Assembly (NCBI RefSeq): GCF_009914755.1 | Contig: NC_060935.1 | Strand: one strand, 5' to 3' | Length of the DNA: 64,000 nucleotides | Source: the human T2T-CHM13v2.0 reference genome, Homo sapiens | Shown here: one piece after another, positions 52,394 through 64,000 of the stretch | Numbering within the stretch: position 1 is the first letter of the stretch | Layout: each line of letters begins with the position of its first letter | Made by a program: the position numbers and the translations under genes | The notes under the pieces: model-generated | Database searches by the model: none | Seen by the model: the letters and a program-made list of their open reading frames with translations, nothing else | What the model was told of the DNA's origin: nothing

Positions 52394-52789
52394 TGATAAA
52401 AGAAAAACTTCAGCCAAATTAAATTTAGAAAAGTTTAACTGAGCAATTTGCAAATTGGGCAGCCTCCCCGCAAGCTAGAAGAGTAGGCTCTGGGACTCCA
52501 GCGCAGCCACATGGTGGAAGATTTATGGACAGAAAAAGGAAACTGAGGTAACAGAAAAGAGAAGTGAAGTACAGAAACAACTGAATTGATTACAGGTTAG
52601 CGTTTGCCTTATTTGAACATGATTCAAGCAGGTGTCTACAATTGATTGACCAAAACTCAGTGATTAGCACAAGCGTAGGCTACAGTCTGTTTATACCTCC
52701 ACTTGTTATAGTTCACAATATACAGAGAAACCCTTGGGCCGAAATTAAAATATGTAAGGAGGCAACTTTAGGCTAAACTTGGTTTTACA
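52394..52789 (-). mobile_element. MER57-like solo LTR
   Basis: TGATAAAAGAAAAACTTCAGCCAAATTAAATTT...GGCTAAACTTGGTTTTACA; 4-bp TSD GTTG at 52390-52393 and 52790-52793. Confidence 0.8.
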
Positions 52790-52824
52790 GTTGAAAAAAG
52801 AGTTTGTGACTTACAAAATGGATT

Positions 52825-53180
52825 TTACAAGTTGAACTCATAAATACAAAGAATAAACTGATGGTTACCAGACTTTTGGGAGATGGGAGGATTGGGGAAA
52901 TGTTGGTGAAATGACAAAAAACTTCAGTTAGATGGAGAAAATCAGTTCAAGAGCTATATTGTACATCAAGGTGACTATAATTAATCAACATATTATATAT
53001 ACTTGAAAATTGCTAAGAGCAGGTTTTTAAGTGTTCTCACAACAATAAAAAAGATAAATATGTGAGATGCACGTGTCACTGATAAGCAGTTCTATTTAAT
53101 CATTCCACAATGTATACATTTATCAAAACATCATGTTGTACACCACAGATTTATACAATTTCTACTCATCAATTAAAAAG
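52825..53180 (+). mobile_element. L1MA-type 3' end
   Basis: GATGGTTACCAGA...CTTGAAAATTGCTAAGAG...ACATCATGTTGTACACC. Confidence 0.75.
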
Positions 53181-53462
53181 GAAAAAGGAAAAGGGATTGA
53201 CAGCTTTGGCCTAAAGTAGAGAGAGGGAAAAGATTCCCATTCTCTGCATAGTACTAGAAGTCTTGAAGACTGGATTTCTTGCATCTGCCTGAGACATATG
53301 CTCTTGCCAAGAGTCACAATGCTTTTCTCCTGTCTTATTGGGTCTGGACTTATTCAGGAGACCTGTTCTTTTTACATATAAAGAGCCAGTGACTCCATCT
53401 TGTCAGTAACCTCCCATAAAATTATATCCAACCTAGAAAAACCAATGGTATTGAATTAAGAG

Positions 53463-53625
53463 CAGTTATGTACTAGAACCAGCTCATATCATGCCTATAA
53501 GAGCTGGTTTCAAGCATCTCTTTCCAGCTTTGCTTTCACTGACTTCACGTTGGTAGCTTGACATCAGCCATAGCCGGAGTATTTACATCAGGAAAGTGAA
53601 CAAACAATGCAAATAAGAATGCCAA
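53463..53625. mobile_element. MER63-like hAT fragment
   Basis: CACGTTGGTAGCTTGACATCAGCCATAGCCGGAGTATTTACA. Confidence 0.5.
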
Positions 53626-54419
53626 TCCCTGACAGAAATAACAACATATGAACCCCAAATAAAATGAAATATTTTCAGGAAAAGTAAGATAAATACTTTT
53701 CAGATAGATATGAAGTAGGCTCAGGTAAAATCTGTACACTTCTGAAATCTAAATACTACTTTATTATTTATAGAGTAACTAACAAATATAGACCTACTGA
53801 ATGGCTCCAAAGATACTTTTGGAAACATGCAAAAAAATATGTGAACCTCAAGGAATCACAATGCTATAGAATACTAGAGAAAAAAATATTACTAGATACT
53901 ATTTAGTTAAAACCCATTGGAACAATGGGGAAAACATCTGTTTTAGACGCAATGTGACTCACTACTTTGGTGACTGATATGGATCCTTAGTACTCATGCT
54001 AATAAATAAAAACAATGGTTTGCATAAGCATTTTAATGGAAATGTATACCCCTGAAAAATGTAATAGGAAATAAAACGCGTTTTTTAAAATAGACTCCTA
54101 TCTGCACGTTTTTCAGAGAAAAGCAGAAACAAGGCGTTTGAGTTAAAATACAACAGAAACAAAATTTGAATAGCTTTTACTATGGATGGTTGATAAAATT
54201 CATCTAGTGAAAATAAATGTTTTAATGAAATACGAAAATTTAAAATACAAAGGCCTGACCATATGTATATGACATGTAGAATTTTACAAATTAAGATGGA
54301 TGTCTTTACCACGCAAAAAAAGAAGGGATCATGGAAAAGCTTATATTGGCCAGAGAATTACCTACTAAGTTCAAAAGTAGAGTCATCTATATGATGGACT
54401 ATTAATCACAAAGATAAAT

Positions 54420-55075
54420 GAAGTTCTGACTTATGCTAAAACATCAATGAACCTTGAAAAGATTACGCTAAGAAGCCAGACATAAAAGGCAACATGTGGT
54501 ATAAACCCACTTATATGAAGTATCCAGAATACACAAATCCATAGGGACAGAAAGTAGATGAGTGATTACCAGAATCTGGAAGCAGGAAGAAATGGGGAGT
54601 GACTGCCAGTGGGTATGGAATTTCATTATTGGTGTGATTAAAATGTTCTGAGGCTGGGTGTGATGGCTCATGCCTGTAATCTCAATGCTTTGGGAGGCTG
54701 AGGTGGGCAGATAACCTGGGGTCATTAGTTCGAGAGCAGCCTAGCCAACATAGTGAAACCCTGTCTATACATAAAACAAACAAACAAAAATTGTAAAAAT
54801 TAGTTGGGCATGGTGGCACATGCCTGTAGTCCCAGCTACTTGGGATGCCGAGGCAGGAAAATCACTTGAACCTGGAGGTTGCAGTGAGCCAAGATCATGC
54901 CACTGCACTCCAGCCTGGGTGACAGAGCGAGACTCCATCTCAATAAGGAAAAAAAAAAGTTCTGAAATTACAGGGTGGTAATAGTTGCATTATTTTCTGA
55001 CTATACTAAATCCACTGACTTGTACACCTTTAGCAGGTTAATTATTTGGAATGTGAATTATATCACAATTAAAAA
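54420..55075 (+). mobile_element. L1MB-type 3' fragment split by an Alu
   Basis: ATGAACCTTGAAAAGATTACGCTAAGAAGCCAGAC...AAATCCATAGGGACAGAAAGTAGAT...AAATCCACTGACTTGTACAC. Confidence 0.7.
54652..54957 (+). mobile_element. Alu (older S/J), full length
   Basis: Both arms and A-tail; flanked by AAAATGTTCTGA / AAAAGTTCTGA. Confidence 0.88.
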
Positions 55076-55338
55076 TAATAATTGGCTTAGCATGGTATAC
55101 ACAGACTATACAAAAAAACCACTAGATATATGTTTTCAAACATTAGGATATGATAAATAAATATGGTGATGTAATTTGATAACCAAGAAGGAAGCATAGC
55201 TCAAATGTAAATGCAAAACCTTTATTCTGGGTAGAAAGGATATATGGAAATCTTTTGTACTTTCTACTCAGTTTTTCTGTAAACCTAAATTTTATCCAAA
55301 AACCAAAGTATATTAATGAAAAAACAATAAAATAATAG

Positions 55339-57569
<2,231 letters not shown>

Positions 57570-57573
57570 CTAG

Positions 57574-58961
57574 TGAGAGGTGACAGCGTGCTGGCGGTCC
57601 TCACAGCCCTGGCTTGCTCTCGGCGCCTCCTCTGCCTGGGCTCCCACTTTGGCCCCACTTGAGGAGCCCTTCAGCCCGCCACTGCACTGTGGGAGCCCCT
57701 TTCTGGGCTGGCCAAGGCCGGAGCCAGCTCCCTCAGCTTACAGGGAGGTGTGGAGGGAGAGGCGTGGGCGGGAACCAGGGCTGCGCCCAGCGCTTGCTGA
57801 CCAGCGCGAGTTCCGGGTGGGCGTGGGCTCGGCGGACCCCGCACTCGGAGCAGCCGGCCGGCCCCACCGGCCCTGGGCAGTGAGGGGCTTAGCACCTGGG
57901 CAGTGAGGGGCTTAGCACCTGGGCCAGCAGCTGCTGTGCTCAATTTCTCGCCGGGCCTTAGCTGCCTTCCCGCGGGGCAGGGCTCGGGACCTGCAGCCCG
58001 CCATGCCTGAGCCTCCCCCACCACCCCTTGGGCTCCTGTGCGGCCGGAGCCTCCCCGACGAGCGCCGCCCCCTGCTCCAGGGCGCCCAGTCCCATCGACC
58101 ACCCAAGGGCTGAGGAGTGCGGGCGCAGGGCGTGGGACTGGCAGGCAGCTCCACCTGCAGCCCCGGTGTGGGATCCACTGGGTGAAGCCAGCTGGGCTCC
58201 TGAGTCTGGTGGGGACGTGGAGAACCTTTATGTCTAGCTCAGGGATTGTAAATACACCAATCGGCACTCTGTATCTAGCTCAAGATTTGTAAACACACCA
58301 ATCAGCACCCTGTGTCTAGCTCAGGGTTTCTGAATGCAACAGTCCACACTCTGTATCTAGCTACTCTGGTAGGGACTTGGAGACCCTTTGTGTGGACACT
58401 CTGTATCTACCAAATCTGGTGGGGAGGTGGAGAACCTTTGTGTCTAGCTCAGGGATTGTAAATGCACCAATCAGCGCCCTGTCAAAACAGACCACTCGGT
58501 TCTACCAGTCAGCAGGAATGTGGGTGGGGCCAGATAAGCAAATAAAAGCAGGCTGCCCAAGCCAGCAGTGGCAAGCTCGTGGTAGCTTTGTTCTTTCTCT
58601 CTTTGCAATAAATCTTGCTCCTGCTCACTCTTTGGGTGCACACTGCCTTTATGAGCTGTAACACCGCGAAGGTCTGCAGCTTCACTCCTGAAGCCAGCCG
58701 GACCCGAACCCACCGGGAGAAACGAACAACTCCAGACGCGCCACCTCAAGAGCTGTAACACTCACTGTGAAGGTCTGCAGTTTCACTCCTGAGCCAGCAA
58801 GACCACGAACCCACCAGAAGGAAGAAACTCCGAACACATCTGAACATCAGAAGGAACAAACTCCGGACACGCTGCCTTTAAGAACTGTAACACTCACGGC
58901 GAGGGTCCGCGACTTTATTCTTGAAGTCAGTGAGACCAAGAACCCACCAATTCCAGACACA
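57574..58961 (+). mobile_element. LTR12 (LTR12C-like, ERV9) solo LTR
   Basis: TGAGAGGTGACAGCGTGCTGGC start; U3 repeats TCTAGCTCAGGGATTGTAAA...CACCAATC; AATAAAAGCAGGCTG; end GAACCCACCAATTCCAGACACA; TSD CTAG at 57570-57573 and 58962-58965. Confidence 0.95.
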
Positions 58962-58965
58962 CTAG

Positions 58966-60125
58966 AACATCATATAAATACTAAAATATGAACTAATCAG
59001 TTTTACTCACTAAAAAGTTTTTTTCTAAATTATGATCCATACTTTTGCATAGCTTATTAGTTTATTTATGAAGTGTCTAGTAAAATGTTTTGCACATTTT
59101 TGTCTTTTACATGGAGTTATGAGTTATTTATATAAAATTTAAAAAATACTTATATAATTCAGATTTAAGTTTTTTTGCATGATTTTAGTCTGTTTATTGC
59201 TTGTTAATTTTCTTAGCAGTATACTTTTGCTGTAGTCGAAATTGTTGATAAGGTTATATCTTGTTGCTTCCTGTGTCGTAAGAAGGAAATCTTTGCCAAT
59301 CCTCAATATATTAAGGTATTCTGATTTTTTCTTCCTAGAAGCCTTATTTTTCACTTCTGTATTATCCCATAAATATACATCCTATATTTTGTGTGGTATT
59401 AAATAAATTTTTAGATTGAACATATATATATTTGTAAAATATATATAGATATATATGAATATCTAATTTTGTTTAAAAGGCTTTCTATTTTCCATTGAAT
59501 TGCTTTGATACTTTTGTATAAAATCAATGGATTGTACAAATGTGGGCTTACTTACAGGCTCTCTGTTGTGTTTCATTAGCTGTTCTCATGCTGATATCAC
59601 ACTGTCTTTATTATTAGAATTTTGTAGTAAGTCTTGATGTCAGGTATTCTCAGTAATCAACATTTATTCTTTGAGATTGCTTTGGCTGTAGGTCCTTTGA
59701 ATTCCCATGTAAAATATAAAATTACCTTCTCAATTCATGGCAAACAAAAGGTTGTTATGATTATATTTGGGATTGCTTTGAATCTTTAGATGACTTTAAG
59801 GAAATTAACATTTTAACAATAATGAGATTTCCAATCCATGAATATGGAACAGCTCTCTATTTCTTTAGATTTTGCCTTTCTTTCAACAATGTCTTGTAAT
59901 TATCAGTGTAAAATTCTTGTATTTTATTGTATGCATAAATATAAATTATGTATCTTATGTTTTTACACTTTATGGCAAACTATTGTTATTTTCTAATTAC
60001 TGGATTCCAGTATGTAGATTTACAAACAATTTTTACATAGACTTCCTACATTAAAACTTGCTAAATTCACTTACTAATTCATGATATCTGTTGTATTTGT
60101 ATATTCCTTAGGATTTTTCATGTTA
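58966..60125 (-). mobile_element. Old L1M ORF2-region fragments
   Basis: TTTCCATTGAATTGCTTTGATACTTTTGT; GATTGCTTTGAATCTTTAGAT; TTTCCAATCCATGAATATGG. Confidence 0.65.
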
Positions 60126-60607
60126 AAAAGTTGTGTTCACTACAAATAAAGGTTGTGCAATTGTCATTGTGTATGTTAGTCTCAGACCTTGCATGGAGGC
60201 GACCACAGTTACTGTCCTCTGTTCCCATCCTCGACTCTTTAGAGAGTCATCATCTAAATCTGAAATCTTAGAATATAGGGCAGAGGTATTTATCAGAACT
60301 CTATCATACATTTCACTTTCAGTTTTTACTTCTTTAATTAAATATTTTTTTAAAGCATTTGCACTTATGCCAGAAAAGTCTGACAGCATTCTGCTTAAGA
60401 TTACTCTACATTTCTAGATTAAATTTAAGGAGAATTGATATCTTTACAACACTGAGATCAGCACATCAATGGTTGAACGTGGATGAATTCCTACAAGCTT
60501 TATTTTGTCCCAATATTATTCTTTAGTAACTTGTAAACCATGATGTTGAGTCTCTGGTGTGGGGAGGTGCTGTACTTACCTGCTCTCTGCCTTGGTTTTT
60601 TCACACT

Positions 60608-61077
60608 GAATAGTTGTATGTGTCAATTTGATTGGGGCACAATGCCCAGATTCTGGTCAGATATTATTCTGGATGTTTCTGTGTGGGTATTTCTGGATGA
60701 GACTGGCATTTAAATTAATAAACTTTGAGTAAAGCATATTGACCTTTATAATGTGCCTTCCAAGCAGTTGAAGGCCTGGATAGAACAAAAGACTGACTTG
60801 CCCCAATCAAGAGAGAATTCTGCCAGGAGACTGCCTTTGGACTTAAATTACAACACTGGCTCTTCCCTGAGTCTCCAGCCTATAGGCTCTCCCTGCAGAT
60901 TTTGGATTTGCCAGCCTTCATAACTGTGTGAGTCAGGTTCTTAAAATTAATCTATCTCATATAGATACATAGATACAGATATATATGTATAGGTATACAT
61001 ATCTGCATATATGTGTATATACATATATGTATGCATAACCTATTGGTTTTGTACTGTGAAGAACCCTTATTAATACA
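60608..61077 (+). mobile_element. MLT2 (ERVL) LTR with internal (TA)-rich tract
   Basis: TGTCAATTTGATTGG...TATTATTCTGGATGTTTCTGTG...CCCTGCAGATTTTGGATTTGCCAGCC...GAACCCTTATTAATACA. Confidence 0.8.
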
Positions 61078-61117
61078 AATTCTGAGCAATTTTAGAAATT
61101 ATAAATAGATGTGGTAG

Positions 61118-61285
<168 letters not shown>

Positions 61286-61527
61286 TAATACTGTTTAAAT
61301 ACAGGCATACAGCTTAGTATTAAAGCCAAATAGGCCTGCTAACCAAATCTCAAAAGGTCGTCCATTTAACAATAAATTGAGGGTAATATTGATGTATTCT
61401 CACATTGAAATGGAGACCGCTTAGGAATATCAGCATAGAAGGCTTGTTGCCAAAGGACAGTTCTCTACCAAGAAGGGTGGAAATGAGCCAAATGTTGTAA
61501 GTTATTTTTCCCAAATTGAACATTTAA

Positions 61528-61866
<339 letters not shown>

Positions 61867-63553
61867 TGAAAGCATTTTTTTTTTTTCACCAAGCGTTCTG
61901 CTCCTAATAGGTCAAAGGTCTCCAATGTTAAGACTTTTTACTTTTTCTTTTCTTCTTTATGCCTGAAGTCACTTCTACTAGAAAATGCCAATAGCCTATT
62001 GGAAATCCTCTGGTAAAGTCCTGAGCAATAAAGCCCTTGGAAATAATTCAATATTTACTCATCAAATTTTAAACTCAAGAAGAAAATAAATGGACACAAA
62101 TTAGAAAAATGAACAAAGGAAACAATGAAGTACTTCACATAAAGAATGTACAAACGGAAAAGAAGATAGCAGCACAAATATTTCTTTGTTAAATGCTAAT
62201 TATAAAGGGAATCATATTTCACCTATCAAACTGTCAAAGGTAAATATCGGTAATAACTAGTGTTGTTAAGAATTTAGGCAAACATTATTTTAGTCATTGT
62301 TGAAATTGATGTAATCTCCTGGAAGTTAATTTTATGATTTCTAGAAACCTTTCTTGAAAATTATCCTTACAAAAAATATTATTATCTTTCAAGCAATTTT
62401 ATGTTAAAGATTTTTTTTCAATAATTGTCCCCGTCCAAGTGTGTGGGAGGTTAGAGGGTCCTGGTTATCCTCTTTTCCTTGTAATGACCTATTTGTTTCT
62501 TCTGTTTTCTATTAGTAAGTCTCAGCTTGGGACTGATCCTGAAATTTGAAGACTACAGTAATTAAACAATATGAACTCTGGACTACATATTTTATGAGAT
62601 ATTAAAATTCGGAGATGGTGCAAATATGTTGTAGTTTCACATTGTGTCTCTTTGTTGGACCTATATTACCACATATTTTTGGTGGTGCTGCTTAAAGTGG
62701 TCATTGTTAAACATCCCAAACCTGGCCTACTTCCTGTTTTCTATAGTCCACTAGTTAAGAATGATTTTTACAGATGAATATTTGTAATCAATTTGGTGAT
62801 GGGGAAACTCTAACTTTCAGCTACACTTTGTTACTCTGTAGAAAAAAAAAATGGATTCTATTATTTTAATTAGTAGACCTTCTTTAATTAAAGACAATGC
62901 AATTATTATTGTTAATATTGTTTGAATTTCATAAAAATTATTTGTGGACATACATTTTTCTATCTTGTTATATTAATGCCTACATGATATTCTTGAATTT
63001 GCCTCTTTTTCCATAAAGCCTTAGCTATATATTATTTGGCCATTTATGTAAAAGTTTGCTGAATTCTGGCTAAAATATTAAGAAATAACATCAGAGGCTA
63101 TTTTATTTTTGAGAAAATTATGTTACTTAAGAAAAACCATCCCTATTGGTAATCCAATAAAATTAGCTCTAGTAGATATTGAAACTTGAAACAGTCTCAA
63201 AAGATCCCTTAAGATAGCCTCTATAATCATTCTCAACAGCCATGGATATCTGCTAAGTCCTAATCCGTGAAGCCAGAGGATCCACCAGGTGGGTGTATGA
63301 CAAGCAATCCAATATTTCTTATATTTGCAGTGGTTTTAATCTGGTAAATCAAAGTATGGACATCTGCCCATATGTGAATATTTTCCATAACCTTGAAAAA
63401 AATGATCTATGACCTGAGGTTTTTCAAGAACAATTGACTAGCCGTAAATTCTTATGCCACTAATTTTAGACAATATAGTCCTCCTCTTCACTAACACAAT
63501 AGCCCTAGACTTATTTATATTTGCTGTGTGGTATGCTGCCACATGCCCAAGCA

Positions 63554-63554
<1 letters not shown>

Positions 63555-63592
<38 letters not shown>
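63555..63592. repeat. (CA)n microsatellite
   Basis: Seen directly. Confidence 0.95.
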
Positions 63593-63595
<3 letters not shown>

Positions 63596-64000
63596 TTACT
63601 TGTAGAACACAAGCAAACAAATGAATACTCTCCAATGGCACATTATAGCTTTTGGAATAAAGTCCAGCAACTCTGCACAACATTAATAGCCATTTTTGAT
63701 ATTCATATTTTCCTTGTCTCCCCAAGTTCTACCTTGCACTCATACCATATTGAAAAAACTAGAGTTACCTTAAACTACATTATCTAGTTTAAATCTCCTC
63801 TACTATCTACCTGGCATGATGTGTTCTTACTTCCTTGGCTACTCATCCATCATTCCTCAAGAATCAGAGGTAACTACCTAACCAAAAAACAAAATACAAT
63901 AAATGCAACTCCCCTGCTTTGGTTAGATTTCAATGCTTCATTCTCTCTGAACTCCACATCCTATGTGTACACTTGTTATTTCTCTCTTCTTTCCCTTGCC

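Noticed and set aside
57580-58991. ORFs up to 198 aa in a GC-rich island
   Set aside because: All lie inside the LTR12 solo LTR; no gag, pol or env sequence
60123-60417. 88-94 aa ORFs on both strands in non-repeat-looking sequence
   Set aside because: No recognisable domain, no poly(A) or TSD suggesting a processed pseudogene; a BLASTX or Dfam search would be needed

Overview
Primate, almost certainly human, genomic DNA: an AT-rich, repeat-dense class I olfactory receptor (OR52 family) cluster. It matches the chr11p15.4 cluster near the beta-globin locus; that placement comes from recognising the proteins, not from a search. There are four single-coding-exon OR loci. OR52E3P-like (+) has one in-frame TGA. 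OR52J1P-like (+) has an inferred 5-bp deletion and has lost the TM3 cysteine. OR52A4P (-) has a +1 T in a T9 run. OR52A5 (-) is intact at 316 aa. The rest is mostly retroelements and DNA-transposon fossils: a full-length young SVA with an 18-bp TSD, a solo LTR12/ERV9, THE1, MER4-group, MER57 and MLT2 LTRs, several L1s and about 13 Alus. I found no convincing new multi-gene system, and almost all other ORFs in the track derive from repeats. The most unusual signals are mutational or structural: (1) a 132-bp near-perfect fold-back palindrome built inside an L1; (2) a ~323-bp, ~97%-identical copy of local sequence pasted 5.3 kb away into an old L1; (3) the SVA, with a possible cap-derived 5' G and possible presence/absence polymorphism; (4) a ~220-bp twin-primed L1; (5) an alternative reading frame that is open over TM6-TM7 in all four ORs and absorbs both frameshifts. 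Repeat subfamily names are from memory of consensus sequences, and boundaries without TSDs are approximate.
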